DNA from: an uncultured Actinomycetes bacterium
Lineage (GTDB): Bacteria; Actinomycetota; Thermoleophilia; Solirubrobacterales; 70-9
Length of the DNA: 64,000 bases
Assembly (NCBI GenBank): GCA_963763265.1
Contig: CAVXNN010000001.1
Location: forward strand, 184,949-248,948
Direction of reading: 5' to 3'
Under the pieces are notes generated by a model. It had not been told where the DNA came from. It did no database searches and saw only the letters and a list, made by a program, of their open reading frames with translations. Position 1 is the stretch's first letter. Every line of letters begins with the position of its first letter. The translations under genes and the position numbers were made by a program. Shown here one piece after another: positions 1-10,204 of this stretch.

Positions 1-683
1 CCGACCGTCTCGAAGCGCGGGTCGCGCAGGTCCGGGTAGTAGGCGCCGAGCACGTTCGGCGCGCCCATCACCTTGTACACGCAGGTGGTCCCGGAGAAGG
101 AGGGCACGTGGACGCCGAGCCGGCGCTCCAGCTCGAGCAGCAGCTCGAAGACGACCGCGTCGCGGTGCTCGGCATCGGAGACGAGGCCGGCGACCTGCCA
201 GAAGACCGGCTCCTCCTCGCGCGCGGTCGGGCCGAGCGCGGTCGAGTCGACCACGCCCTCGCGCTCGGCGAGCACGCGGAAGCCGCCCGTGGCGAGCAGC
301 TCGCGTGCGTCGTGCTTGATCTTCTCGACGTCCTGGGAGCGCTCGATGAAGACGTGGGCGACGGCGAACGCCTCGTCCAGGGCGAGCGCCGGGTCGTGGC
401 CGCCGACCCGGACCTCCTCGGCCCAGATCTGGCGCGGCAGGTCGAGCATCAGCCCGCAGCCGTCCCCCTCGCCATCGACGTTGCCGGCCCGGTGCAGCAT
501 CTTCTGCAGGGCCGGGATGGCCAACTCGATCGGTTCGTGGCTCGGGGTGGCGTCCTTGCGCACGGACGCGTAGATCGCGCAGGCATCGTTCTCTTCGACG
601 CTCGGCGGTGAAACCAGCGGCCTGTAGGAACGCTCCGGCGAGTAACGCTCGGCCCGACGGGCGTCGGGGTCACGACTGGGCAT
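1..683 (-). CDS. glutamate synthase large-subunit-like protein, N-terminal class-II glutamine amidotransferase part (gene continues past the left edge)
   Basis: Absent from the ORF track because there is no stop in the window. ATG at 683-681 lies 6 nt after GGGAGG (revcomp of 690-695). My translation MPSRDPDARR...NDACAIYASV...GEGDGCGLMLDLP...VPSFSGTTCVYKVMG...YYPDLRDPRFET parallels the GltB N-terminus. High GC3 in this frame. Confidence 0.6.
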   Translation of the reverse strand, partial: MPSRDPDARRAERYSPERSYRPLVSPPSVEENDACAIYASVRKDATPSHEPIELAIPALQKMLHRAGNVDGEGDGCGLMLDLPRQIWAEEVRVGGHDPALALDEAFAVAHVFIERSQDVEKIKHDARELLATGGFRVLAEREGVVDSTALGPTAREEEPVFWQVAGLVSDAEHRDAVVFELLLELERRLGVHVPSFSGTTCVYKVMGAPNVLGAYYPDLRDPRFETV

Positions 684-864
684 ATCTGACCTCCCGGGAT
701 CCGCGCCTTCTCCGAGCGGGCGCGCGACGGGTTTGCGGGTGCCGCCAAGTATAGGGGGGCCCTAAAGGGTCGCTGAGCGCGCCCGCGGAAACCCCGGCTG
801 TGCGGGGAATTCCGCGGGCGCGCGACGCGGCGAGGGGCGGTGCGGCCGGTACCCCGGCCGCGGC

Positions 865-1899
865 TCAGCTACCCCAGGACGGTTCGTAGGCGCCCTTCAC
901 GAGCACCTTCTGCCTGCCGCCCCAGAAGGGGACGGTGACGACCTTCGGGTGCGGATTGCCGCCGAAGCCGAGGCCGGTGGTGCCCAGCACCAGCTTGCCG
1001 TCGGGCGAGAGGGCGGTCCCGATCAGGCCGAACTCGACGTTCTTGGTCAGCGCCTTCTGCGCCCCGGTGACCATGTTGATGGCGACCGCGTAGCCCTGGT
1101 CCTGACCGCCGAACTCGGCGAGCAGCCGCCGCCCGTTTGCCGACCACGCGACCGGGGTCAGGCCCTGGGCGAGCGGGTTGACCTTGGTGTGGGTCACCTG
1201 GCTGATCCGTTCGCCTTCTTCGTTCATCACGTACAGCTCGTTCTTCGGCCCGTACCTGCGGCGCTTGGCGCCGAGCTGGCGGACGAAGACGATCTGGCCC
1301 TTCGGGCCCCAGAGCGGGTAGGCGGAGGCCTTGTTGTGGCTGAGCATCTTGCGGGCGCCGGACTGGATGCTGTAGCGGTAGATGTTGCTCTTCGGGGGGT
1401 AGTTCAGGGAGTGCGCCATCCCGTAGACGATTTCGTCGCCTTCGGGGGAGAAGCTGACGCCGTTGAAGTAGCCCTTCGCCACCTTGATGCGATGGCCGTT
1501 TTCGGCGTCGACGACGAGCAGGTTCTGGGGTCCGTTCAGGCCGCCGGTCGTCGCGGCGAGCATGCTCGAATCCGGAGACCAGGCGAAGACGAAGCTTTCG
1601 GTCCAGTGGTTGAGCAGCCGCCGGCTCTTGTGGGTGCCGACCGAGTAAAGGCGCAGTTCGGCGGCGTTCTTGGTCTGCCGTTCGTAGGCGACCCATTCGC
1701 CGTTCGGCGAGACGTGGGAGTTGCGACCGACCCCGACCTTCCGCGCCTGCTTGCCGTTGTCCTTGGCTATGTAGACCCGTGGCTTCGCGAAGCCCTTGGT
1801 GTAGGTGAGGGTCGCGCTTGCGGCGGCGGGCAGGGCGAGCAGCGCGGCCGCGACGACGATGACGACAGGAATGAGTTTGGACTTCGGCAAGGTTCGCAT
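865..1899 (-). CDS. secreted TolB-like / PD40 beta-propeller repeat protein
   Basis: ORF 865..1947. The likely start is the internal ATG (MRTLPKSKLIPVVIVVAAALLALPAAASA), which gives a signal peptide. Repeated SP(D/E/N)G...(V/I)(A/Y/F) propeller-like repeats (SPNGEWVAY, SPDSSMLA, SPEGDEIVY, SPDGKLVL). Confidence 0.65.
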   Translation of the reverse strand: MRTLPKSKLIPVVIVVAAALLALPAAASATLTYTKGFAKPRVYIAKDNGKQARKVGVGRNSHVSPNGEWVAYERQTKNAAELRLYSVGTHKSRRLLNHWTESFVFAWSPDSSMLAATTGGLNGPQNLLVVDAENGHRIKVAKGYFNGVSFSPEGDEIVYGMAHSLNYPPKSNIYRYSIQSGARKMLSHNKASAYPLWGPKGQIVFVRQLGAKRRRYGPKNELYVMNEEGERISQVTHTKVNPLAQGLTPVAWSANGRRLLAEFGGQDQGYAVAINMVTGAQKALTKNVEFGLIGTALSPDGKLVLGTTGLGFGGNPHPKVVTVPFWGGRQKVLVKGAYEPSWGS

Positions 1900-2128
1900 G
1901 GCGGCGACTCTACCCACGCCCTCGACGACAATCGACCCCCCGGTCATCCAATCATCGTCCGCCCCTCCAAGCCGGCCTTTATGCCGGTTCCGCCTGCGAA
2001 CGGAATCGCTGTGTGGAGGCGCGATCCCGCAGCGGGGATCCCCCGGCGCGTTCGCACTCTCCCGTACTGGCTACGGCAAAGTGCGAACGCGCCCCACGGG
2101 GGCGAGAGCCCGCGGGCGGCGCCCGGAA

Positions 2129-3046
2129 TCAGAGCTCGGGAACGTCGACGCCGAGCGGCTCGAAGGGCAGCCGGCGAACGTCGGCCCAGCCCGCGGCACG
2201 CTCCTTGAGGGCCGCGGCGACGCGCCCCGCGTCGTCCCAGGTCGTCCAGACGAGGACGGTCGGGCCGGCGCCGGAGATCGTCGCCCCCAACGCGCCCAGC
2301 TCGCGGGCCGCGTCGACGATCGCCATCGAGCGCGGGTAGAGCTCGCGGCGGCGCGGCTGGTGGATCCGGTCGCGCAGGCCGCGGCCGACCAGGTCGAGGT
2401 CGGCGCTCCGCAGGCCCAGCACCAGGAGCGCGGCGGCGGAGACGTTGGCGACCGCGTCGGCCAGCGGCAGCTCGGCCGGGATCGCCTCCCGGGCACGCCG
2501 CGTCGAGACCTCCTCCCCCGGGATCACGACGATCCCCTCCAGCCCCTCCGGCGGATCGAAGCGCGCCGCGAACGGCCCGCCCCCCTCGACGCCTGTTACC
2601 CCATCGCTGACAAGCGTCGGGTCGGCGGGGGCGCAGACGACGAAGCCGCCGTAGATCGCGGCGGCCACGTTGTCGGGGTGGCCCTCGATCGCGGTGGCCC
2701 GGGCGAGCATCTCCTCGCGCGAGAGCGCCAGCTCGAAAAGGTGGTCGGCGGCAGCGAGGCCGGCGACGATCGCCGCGGCGCTCGACCCGAGGCCCCGGGC
2801 GAGCGGGATCTCGCTGCGCAGCCGGAAGGCGATCCCGTCGGCGGGGTGCAGCGACTCGAAGGCCCGCACGATCAGGTTGTCGCGCCCGGTCGGCACCTCG
2901 AGGCCGCCGGGGTCGAACGAGTACTCCCCCGCCTCTTCGACCTCCAGCTCCAGGTGGAGCGCCACCGCCGCCGCCATCGCGTCGTACCCCGGCCCGAGGT
3001 TGGCCGAGGAGGCGGGGACGCGGACGAGTCGGTGGCGCGCGGTCAT
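2129..3046 (-). CDS. thrB: homoserine kinase
   Basis: 305 aa with GHMP-kinase motifs VPASSANLGPGYD and GLGSSAAAIVAG. Lies in a thr cluster with thrC and hom. Confidence 0.9.
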   Translation of the reverse strand: MTARHRLVRVPASSANLGPGYDAMAAAVALHLELEVEEAGEYSFDPGGLEVPTGRDNLIVRAFESLHPADGIAFRLRSEIPLARGLGSSAAAIVAGLAAADHLFELALSREEMLARATAIEGHPDNVAAAIYGGFVVCAPADPTLVSDGVTGVEGGGPFAARFDPPEGLEGIVVIPGEEVSTRRAREAIPAELPLADAVANVSAAALLVLGLRSADLDLVGRGLRDRIHQPRRRELYPRSMAIVDAARELGALGATISGAGPTVLVWTTWDDAGRVAAALKERAAGWADVRRLPFEPLGVDVPEL

Positions 3047-4179
3047 CGCAGGAGATCCTCGCCGCCATTGTGTTGCAATTCGACGGCCCAGCGCGCCAAG
3101 AGCGGGTCAACCGGCTGCCAGCCCCCTTCGGCCTTGCGGATCTGTCCGCCCCGGGCCAGCGCTTCGCGCGCGTACCGGGCGCTGCTCTTGGACAGGTTGA
3201 ACCGGGTCAGCGTCCGCGCGGCGAAGAGCCCGGCGCCGCCCACCGCGAGCGCCGCGTAGACGGCCTGTTCTTTGGTCTCCAGGGAGTCCCAGGTCGCCCG
3301 CAGCGCCTCGTCCTGCTCGGCGAAGACCCGGGCGACGGTCCGCTGCCAGCACTCGGCGTCGGCCGTTCGCCCGGCCGGGGTCTGCTCCCAGAGCTGGTGG
3401 GCGAGGAGCATCGCCCGCTGGGGATGCCCGGCGGCCAGGTCGAGGAGCGGGTCGAGGGCCGCGCCCACCGCGCGGCGCGTCCTCTCGAACCGCTCGCCGA
3501 CGTATTCCGCGATGTCGGCGTCGGCGAGCGGCTCCAGCTCGAACGCTCGCGCCTGACCGAAGAAGGGGCGCTCCTGGCGGCCGAAGAACTGTGCCATCAG
3601 GCCGGGATGCGAGCCGGCGAAAACGTAGGAGGCGGCGTTCCCGTGGCGCTGGATGCGGCTGCGGAAGAGGCCATCGATGCCCGGGCCGACGGCGAGCAGC
3701 GCCTGGAACTCGTCGAAGGCCACGAGCGTCCGCCTGCCGGTCCGCTCGAAGAGGCGCAGCGGCAGGTCGAGCAGGCCCATCAGCAGGCGCTGGGCCCGCT
3801 CCTCGACCCGGGGACGCGACTCGACCCGCACCGGGCCGCCGCCGACGCTGAGACCCGGGCGAAGGGCGCGGATCGCCGACCTGGCCAGGTCCCCCGCCCT
3901 CGAGCGCAGGACCGCGTAGCCGTCTTCCAGGCGTTCGGCGACCTCGATCTCCGCGAGGACGCCGTAGAAGTCGACCTCGACGTAGTTGATCCCGATCTTC
4001 TCGGCGTCCCGGCCGATCCGGCGCAGCAGGCTGGTCTTCCCGTAGCGGCGCGGCGCCGAGAGGCGAACCGCGTGACCTCCCTCGGCGAGGTCGAGCAGCC
4101 GGCCGTACTCCGCGTCGCGGTCGATCAGATCCTCGGGCTCGACCGGCCGGGTGAAGACGAACGGATTCAGCGCTTCCAT
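3043..4179 (-). CDS. AAA-type ATP-binding protein (Arch_ATPase/DUF234-like)
   Basis: 378 aa with Walker A SAPRRYGKTSLL and a Walker B-like LVAFDEFQ. Its stop overlaps the thrB start by 4 nt. Confidence 0.65.
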   Translation of the reverse strand: MEALNPFVFTRPVEPEDLIDRDAEYGRLLDLAEGGHAVRLSAPRRYGKTSLLRRIGRDAEKIGINYVEVDFYGVLAEIEVAERLEDGYAVLRSRAGDLARSAIRALRPGLSVGGGPVRVESRPRVEERAQRLLMGLLDLPLRLFERTGRRTLVAFDEFQALLAVGPGIDGLFRSRIQRHGNAASYVFAGSHPGLMAQFFGRQERPFFGQARAFELEPLADADIAEYVGERFERTRRAVGAALDPLLDLAAGHPQRAMLLAHQLWEQTPAGRTADAECWQRTVARVFAEQDEALRATWDSLETKEQAVYAALAVGGAGLFAARTLTRFNLSKSSARYAREALARGGQIRKAEGGWQPVDPLLARWAVELQHNGGEDLLR

Positions 4180-4230
4180 CCCGGTTCAGCTATACCGCAC
4201 CCAAAAGGTGCAGTCAAACTGAACGAAGGT

Positions 4231-5319
4231 TCAGTCGAAGACGGCGCGCTCGACCGCGCTCAGGTCGTTCTCGCAGCTGATCACCGGCGGGGCTTTGCCG
4301 AGCGCCGTATCGGGGTCCTTGAGGCCGTGGCCGGTGAGCACGGCGACGACCGTCTCCGGCTTGCGATCGCCCTCCACGGTCGGCAGGCCATGGGCGAGCA
4401 GGCCCGCCACCGAGGCCGCCGAGGCGGGCTCGCAGAAGACCCCTACCCAGGAGGCGAGCCAGTGGTAGGCGTCGATGATCTGCTCGTCGCTGACCGCGGC
4501 GACCCGGCCCCGCGAGCCGGTGAAGGCGCCCATCGCCTCCTCCCAGCGGGCCGGGTTGCCGATCCGGATCGCCGAGGCGATCGTCTCCGGGCTCTCCACC
4601 CGCTTGCCGGTGACCAGCGGCGCGGCGCCCTCGGCCTGGAAGCCGTAGAGGATCGGCGCCGTGCCCATCTCCTGGAAGCCGCGCCAGTAGGCGGTCACGT
4701 TGCCCGCGTTGCCGACCGGGATCGCCAGCGCGTCGGGCGCCCGGCCGAGCTCGTCGATCAGCTCGAAGGCGCCCGTCTTCTGTCCCTCGATCCGGTAGGG
4801 GTTGACCGAGTTGACGAGCTCGATCGGGTGCTTCTGGGACAGCTCGCGGACGATCCGCAGGGCGTCGTCGAAGTTGCCTTTCAGCGCCACGACCCGCGCC
4901 CCGTGCATCAGCGCCTGGGCGAGCTTGCCGATCGCGATCTTGCCCTCCGGCACGATCACCGCGCCGCGCAGCCCGGCCCGCGCCGCGTAGGCGGCGCAGC
5001 TCGCCGCCGTGTTGCCGGTCGAGGCGCAGATCACCGCCTCCGCCCCGCGCCCCTTGGCGCGCGAGACCGCGACGGTCATGCCGCGGTCCTTGAAGGAGCC
5101 GGTCGGGTTGGCGCCCTCGAACTTCAGCAGCACCTCGGCGCCGACCCGTTCGGAGAGGGCCGGCGAGGGGATCAGCGGGGTCGAGCCCTCCTGCAGGCTC
5201 ACCACCGGGTCGCCCGGCTCGAGGTCGAGCCGCTCGCGATAGCGTTCGATCAGCCCCGGCACCGCGATCCCTCGCTCACCGTGGAGAGAAGCTCGGTCAT
5301 CGGCCGAGTCTCTCTCCAC
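4231..5319 (-). CDS. thrC: threonine synthase
   Basis: 362 aa with the PLP-lysine motif [13 protein letters not shown] and the N-terminal LQEGSTPLI motif. The true start may be a downstream GTG ([10 protein letters not shown]). Confidence 0.9.
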   Translation of the reverse strand: MERDSADDRASLHGERGIAVPGLIERYRERLDLEPGDPVVSLQEGSTPLIPSPALSERVGAEVLLKFEGANPTGSFKDRGMTVAVSRAKGRGAEAVICASTGNTAASCAAYAARAGLRGAVIVPEGKIAIGKLAQALMHGARVVALKGNFDDALRIVRELSQKHPIELVNSVNPYRIEGQKTGAFELIDELGRAPDALAIPVGNAGNVTAYWRGFQEMGTAPILYGFQAEGAAPLVTGKRVESPETIASAIRIGNPARWEEAMGAFTGSRGRVAAVSDEQIIDAYHWLASWVGVFCEPASAASVAGLLAHGLPTVEGDRKPETVVAVLTGHGLKDPDTALGKAPPVISCENDLSAVERAVFD

Positions 5320-5347
5320 GGCAACGTCGACGGCGCCGTGCGGTCAT

Positions 5348-6616
5348 CTAGAAGCTCTCCTCGATCACGTGGATCGAGCGCGGCGGGCCGCGCAGCTCGC
5401 CCAGTTCGTTGAGCGCCTCGATCGCCCGCGCGAAATGCGACTCGAGGCACTCGTGGAGGACCATCACCAGCCGCGCGTCCTCGCCGATGCCGCGCTGGAC
5501 GACGCTCTTCACCGAGACGTCGTGATCGCCGAGCACGGTCGCGATCCGAGCCAGCACGCCGGGCTGGTCGGCGACCTCGAGGTGCAGGTAGAAGGAGCTG
5601 GGGACGTCGGCGACGAGCGGCAGCTCGGTTCGCGTCTCGTGGACCGGCGCGTCGCCGGCGAGGATCGAGACCACGTCGCCGAGCACCGCGCTCGCCGTCT
5701 GCAGCCCGCCCGCGCCGGGCCCCGACAGGGTCACCTCGTTGATCGCCGGCGCCTGGATCATCACCGCGTTGAAGGCGCCCTCGATCGGCGCCAGCGGGTG
5801 ACCGGAGTAGAGGAAGCAGGGGAAGACGCGGACGCTGATCCCGCCGCCGCGCCGTTCGGCCACGCCGAGCAGCTTCAGCGAGAGGCCGAGCTCCTTGGCG
5901 AAGGCGAGGTCGTCGGGCTGGATCGCCTCGATGCCCTCGCAGGGGACCTGGTCGAGCGTCACCGGGCTGTGGAACGCCAGCCGCGCGAGAATCGCCATCT
6001 TCGCCGCCGCGTCGGCCCCGGATACGTCGTCGGTGGGGTCGGCCTCGGCATAGCCGAGCTCCTGGGCGCGGGCGAGGACCTCGTCGTAGCCCGCCCCGCT
6101 CGCCGCCATCTCGCTGAGGATGAAGTTGGTGGTGCCGTTGACGATCCCGTAGACCTTCTCGATCTCGGTAGCCGCGAAACCCTCCTGGATCGTGCGGACG
6201 ATCGGGATCACCGCCGCGACCGCCGCCTCGAAGCGCAGCTGCACTCCCGCCTCGCGGGCGACCGCGAAGAGCTCGTCGCCGTGCTGGGCGAGCAGCTGCT
6301 TGTTGGCGGTGACGAAGGGGCGCCCGGCGCGCATCGCGGCGATCGCGTGCTCGCGGGCGGGCTCGGTGCCGCCCATCAGCTCGACGATCAGGTCGGAGCG
6401 CGCCAGAATCTCCTCGAAGTCGCCCTCGCCGCGGGTCAGCACCCCGGCCAGCTCCGGCCGCCGGCCGGTCGCCGCCTCGACCGCGTCGGCCCGCTCGGCG
6501 AGCAGGTCGGCGAAGGCGGCGCCGACGGTGCCGCGCCCGAGCAGGCCGATGCGCACCGGCTTGGGGCCGTCGACGGCCTCCAGGGCCCCGCCCGCTGCGG
6601 CCACCGCTTCAGACAT
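5348..6616 (-). CDS. hom: homoserine dehydrogenase
   Basis: 422 aa with an N-terminal Rossmann motif IGLLGRGTVG, a central homoserine dehydrogenase region and a C-terminal ACT-like domain (YLHLEVADQPGVLARI). Confidence 0.9.
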   Translation of the reverse strand: MSEAVAAAGGALEAVDGPKPVRIGLLGRGTVGAAFADLLAERADAVEAATGRRPELAGVLTRGEGDFEEILARSDLIVELMGGTEPAREHAIAAMRAGRPFVTANKQLLAQHGDELFAVAREAGVQLRFEAAVAAVIPIVRTIQEGFAATEIEKVYGIVNGTTNFILSEMAASGAGYDEVLARAQELGYAEADPTDDVSGADAAAKMAILARLAFHSPVTLDQVPCEGIEAIQPDDLAFAKELGLSLKLLGVAERRGGGISVRVFPCFLYSGHPLAPIEGAFNAVMIQAPAINEVTLSGPGAGGLQTASAVLGDVVSILAGDAPVHETRTELPLVADVPSSFYLHLEVADQPGVLARIATVLGDHDVSVKSVVQRGIGEDARLVMVLHECLESHFARAIEALNELGELRGPPRSIHVIEESF

Positions 6617-7931
6617 CGCGGGCGGTGAGGTCGTCGAAGGTCTCGCGGCGGACCACCAGGCGAGCCTCGCCGTCGCGGCAGAAGATCACCGGCGGCCGGG
6701 TCACCCCGTTGTAGTTGTTGGCCATCGCGTGGCCGTAGGCGCCGGTCGCCGGGGTGACGAGGACGTCGCCGACCGCGGGCGCCGCCAGCATCGCGTCGCG
6801 GACCAGCACGTCGCCCGACTCGCAGTGCATGCCGGCCACGGTGACCAGGGTGTCGGGCTCGGCGCCGGCCCGGTCGGCGATCAGCGCCTCGTAGCGGGAC
6901 CCGTAGAGCATCGGCCGCAGGTTGTCGGACATGCCGCCGTCGACGGCGACGTAGGTGCGCACGCCGGGGATCTCCTTGACGGTCCCGACCCGATAGGCGG
7001 TGATGCCGGCGTTGGCGACCAGCGAGCGCCCCGGCTCGACCAGGATCCGCACGTCCGGCCCGAAGACCTCGCGCACGCCGCGGACCTTGACGTCGACGTA
7101 GTCGTCGATCGTGGGCGGTCGGTCCTCGGCCGTGTAGGCGACCCCGAGGCCGCCGCCGACGTCGACCACCCGGCACCAGTCGCCGGCCAGGTCGCCGAGC
7201 GCGGCGATCGCCAGGCGGTAGGGCTCGAGCTCGAAGATCTGCGAGCCGATGTGGGCGTGCAGGCCGACCAGGTCGAGCACGTCGGAGGCCAGCGCCCGCT
7301 CGATCGCGGCGGCCGCCTGCCCCTCGCCGTCTCCCATCCCGAAGCCGAACTTCGAGTCCAGCTGGCCGGTGGTGATGAAGTCGTGGGTCGAGGGCTTGAC
7401 CCCCGGGGTCACCCGGATCAGCACCTTGATCGGCGCGTCGAGCAGCCGCTCGCAGCGCTCGATCTCGTCGAAGGAGTCGAGGATCAGGTGCCCGATCCCG
7501 GCGCGCGCCGCCATCAGGATCTCCTCGTCGGTCTTGTTGTTGCCGTGCATGTGGATCCGGGACGGGTCGAAGCCCGCGGCGAGCGCCACGTGCAGCTCGC
7601 CGCCGGAGGCGACGTCGGCCGAGAGCCCCTCCTCGGCGAACAGCCGGTAGGCGGCGGTGGCCGGAAAGGCCTTGCTGGCGAAGAGCACCTCGCCGTCGAC
7701 CTGGCGCCGGGCGAACGCCTCGCGGTAGGCGCGGGCGCGGGCGCGCAGATCGTCCTCGGCGTAGATGTAGGCGGGGGTGCCGTGCGCTTCGGCCACCTCG
7801 ACCACGTCGCAGCCGCCGACCTCGAGCCGGCCGCGCTCGTTGCGCCGAGTGCCGATCGGCAGCACGGACGAGCCCGCGATCGGATCGCCCGCGACTGCCC
7901 CGGCCTGTGCCTGCTCCGCCATCGGCGGCAT
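6609..7931 (-). CDS. lysA: diaminopimelate decarboxylase
   Basis: ORF 6609..8000 with fold-III PLP decarboxylase motifs (DVGGGLGVAY, HCESGDVL). I favour the start at the internal ATG 7931 (MPPMAEQ) because the longest ORF would overlap the upstream gene. Confidence 0.85.
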   Translation of the reverse strand: MPPMAEQAQAGAVAGDPIAGSSVLPIGTRRNERGRLEVGGCDVVEVAEAHGTPAYIYAEDDLRARARAYREAFARRQVDGEVLFASKAFPATAAYRLFAEEGLSADVASGGELHVALAAGFDPSRIHMHGNNKTDEEILMAARAGIGHLILDSFDEIERCERLLDAPIKVLIRVTPGVKPSTHDFITTGQLDSKFGFGMGDGEGQAAAAIERALASDVLDLVGLHAHIGSQIFELEPYRLAIAALGDLAGDWCRVVDVGGGLGVAYTAEDRPPTIDDYVDVKVRGVREVFGPDVRILVEPGRSLVANAGITAYRVGTVKEIPGVRTYVAVDGGMSDNLRPMLYGSRYEALIADRAGAEPDTLVTVAGMHCESGDVLVRDAMLAAPAVGDVLVTPATGAYGHAMANNYNGVTRPPVIFCRDGEARLVVRRETFDDLTARDV

Positions 7932-7956
7932 TGTGACGGTTGGCCGGGGACCTGGC

Positions 7957-8826
7957 TCAGCGACCTGCGCCGAGCAGGCCTTCGACGGCTTCGCCGGCAC
8001 CGTCGACGGTTTTCCCGACGACCGATTCCGGACCCGCGGCGCCTTTGACGGCTTCTTCGGTGAGATGCTTCACGCCGGTTTCTTCGAGCGCGCCGCCGAG
8101 CGCTTCGTCGACCCCGTTGACGGTTTCGTCGACGGTTTCTTCGAGCGCTTCGGAAGGCTTCGTCGAACCGGTCGGGACCGGCGTGGCGGTGCCTTCTTGC
8201 CCGCCGCCGGTCGTCGGTTCGGCGGGTTCTTCGGCGGGCGCGGCGGGGCCCGGCGAGCCGGTGGGGGCGCTCGCGGCGCCTTCCGGGCCGCCCGACGCCG
8301 AGGGGCCGGCGCCGCCCTGGTGGGAGGCGCCCGACGATCCGGAGGTGGCCGAATCCAAGCTGGGCTGCGGGCTCTTCGGCTTCGCCGGCGAGGACGGCTT
8401 CGACGCGTGCGAGCCGCGGTGGCCGCCCGGGGAGGAGCTTTCCGTCCCGGTCCCGACGACGGGCGGCGCGGGATCGCTTTCGACGATTTCGGTCGTGGCG
8501 CTCGCTTCCCGGCCGGGCGGCGGAGCATGATCGTGGGCGGCCGGCGGCGTGCTCTGCGCAGCCCCCGCACCGGTCGCCTGCCCCCGCTTCGGCTTCGGGG
8601 CGGCGACGGCGGCGGTCGCGCCGTTCGCCGCGGCCGCCCGATCGGCGGCGGGGAGCGCCTTCGCGGGGGCCAGGGTGGCCCTGCCGGCGGTTTCCCCGGT
8701 TGCCGCGATCGGCCACTCGTGGAAGACCTGGGCCGAGACGATGACGACGAAGGCCGCGATCGCGATTCCGATCAGCGTCACTCCCGACAACGCCCCGACA
8801 AGATAGCTGTGTGCCTGTCTGATCAC
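7957..8826 (-). CDS. hypothetical membrane-anchored protein with a long Ala/Pro/Gly/Ser-rich low-complexity region
   Basis: 289 aa with one N-terminal TM helix (LVGALSGVTLIGIAIAAFVVIV). The rest is low complexity. The composition is more protein-like than the Arg-rich alternative frames. Confidence 0.45.
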   Translation of the reverse strand: MIRQAHSYLVGALSGVTLIGIAIAAFVVIVSAQVFHEWPIAATGETAGRATLAPAKALPAADRAAAANGATAAVAAPKPKRGQATGAGAAQSTPPAAHDHAPPPGREASATTEIVESDPAPPVVGTGTESSSPGGHRGSHASKPSSPAKPKSPQPSLDSATSGSSGASHQGGAGPSASGGPEGAASAPTGSPGPAAPAEEPAEPTTGGGQEGTATPVPTGSTKPSEALEETVDETVNGVDEALGGALEETGVKHLTEEAVKGAAGPESVVGKTVDGAGEAVEGLLGAGR

Positions 8827-8922
8827 GGTCTACTCAAAACTGTCCGGATGTGGTTCCTCAAACTGGGTAGTCGGCTTTACCGCACGGGATCACCGCCTGG
8901 TCATCTATCGGCCAAGCCACCG

Positions 8923-10119
8923 CTAAAGGTAACCCAACGGGTCGGTCACCTCGCCGTTTATACGAACCTCGAAGTGGACGTGTGGGCCGAGGCAGTAGCC
9001 GGTGCAGCCGGAATAGCCGATCACCTCGCCTTTTTCAACCCGTTGCCCGGGGCTCACGGCAAACGCCGACTGGTGCGCGTAGCAGGTGGAGAGCCCGCCG
9101 CCGTGATCGATGCAGGTGTAGTTCCCGTAGCCGCCGCTTTCGGCCTCCGACTCGGTGAAGGCGACGTTCCCGGCCAGCGCGGCGCGGATCGGCGTGCCTT
9201 CCGGAACCGCGATGTCGATCCCCGGGTGGTACTCGTAGCTACCCCCGATCGTCCGCGGCCCGAACCCCGAGGCGATCGGCCCGTCGACCGGCCAGATCAT
9301 CGCCCCGCTGCCCGGCTTGACCGGGCCCAGCGGCAGCGGCGCCGAGCCGATCGCCGCCAGCTCGGCGGCGATCCTGCCCTGGATCGCCTGCACGTCGCCG
9401 TCGAGCTCGGTTTCGTGGTGGCGCACGCGCGCGAGCACCGCCTCGCGGCTGCCGCGGGCGGCGAGCAGCGCGCCCTGGCGGCCCCGCAGGGCGACCCGGG
9501 TGGCGCTCAGCTCGCGCGCTTCGGCGGCGATCGCGTCGCGGGCATGCTCGATCTCGCCTCTCGCGGCGGCCCGCCGCTCGACCGTCACCGCGACACCGTC
9601 GCGCAGGTCGCGCACCCGCCCCGCCGTCGCGTCGTCGGCGGCGTGGACGCGGTCGAGGTATTCGGCCCGCGCTTCGACGTCGTCCAGGGCGCCTTCGCCG
9701 AGCAGCACGTCGAGCAGTTCCGGGCTGCCCGACTCATAGATCGCGACCAGCCGTTCGCGCAGCGCCGCCAGCGCCACCCGCAGGTGCGCGCGCATCCGGG
9801 CCAGTCGGGCGCGTGCGGCCTCGAGCTCGCGGCTCGCCCGCCGCAGCCGTCGCTGTTCGGCGCCGAGCCGCCGGCGGGTCGTCGCCTCGCGCCCGCGGAT
9901 CGCGACCACGGCGCCGTTCAGACGCGCGATCCGGTGGGTGAAGCGGGTGATGGTCGAGGTGAGGACGCCCTTGTGCCGGCGCGTCTCCTTGAGTTCGGCC
10001 TGCTTGGCTTCGAGTTGGCCCGAGAGGTCGGCGGCGGGCGCCGCGGGGGCCGCGGTGAGCAGGCAGAGGGCCGCCGCGAGGGCGGCGAAGCCGATCGCGA
10101 GGGGGCGGGCGAGGCGCAC
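8923..10119 (-). CDS. M23 family metallopeptidase with N-terminal coiled coil (EnvC-like)
   Basis: 398 aa with a signal peptide and a long coiled-coil region. The C-terminal M23 motifs are YHPGIDIAVPEGTPI and GPHVHFEVR. Confidence 0.85.
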   Translation of the reverse strand: MRLARPLAIGFAALAAALCLLTAAPAAPAADLSGQLEAKQAELKETRRHKGVLTSTITRFTHRIARLNGAVVAIRGREATTRRRLGAEQRRLRRASRELEAARARLARMRAHLRVALAALRERLVAIYESGSPELLDVLLGEGALDDVEARAEYLDRVHAADDATAGRVRDLRDGVAVTVERRAAARGEIEHARDAIAAEARELSATRVALRGRQGALLAARGSREAVLARVRHHETELDGDVQAIQGRIAAELAAIGSAPLPLGPVKPGSGAMIWPVDGPIASGFGPRTIGGSYEYHPGIDIAVPEGTPIRAALAGNVAFTESEAESGGYGNYTCIDHGGGLSTCYAHQSAFAVSPGQRVEKGEVIGYSGCTGYCLGPHVHFEVRINGEVTDPLGYL

Positions 10120-10204
10120 GCCGACGAAGCTAGCCGACCCCCGACGGGCCGTCGGGCGCGCCCGCCCTCCGCAACATTCCTCCCTCCTCCGCGCGCGGCT
10201 CGCC

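Noticed and set aside
3070-5412. 780-aa plus-strand ORF spanning the ATPase and thrC region
   Set aside because: It is antisense to two genes with clear motifs. The product is Arg/Gly/Asp/Leu-rich with no motif. This is a typical shadow ORF of high-G+C DNA.
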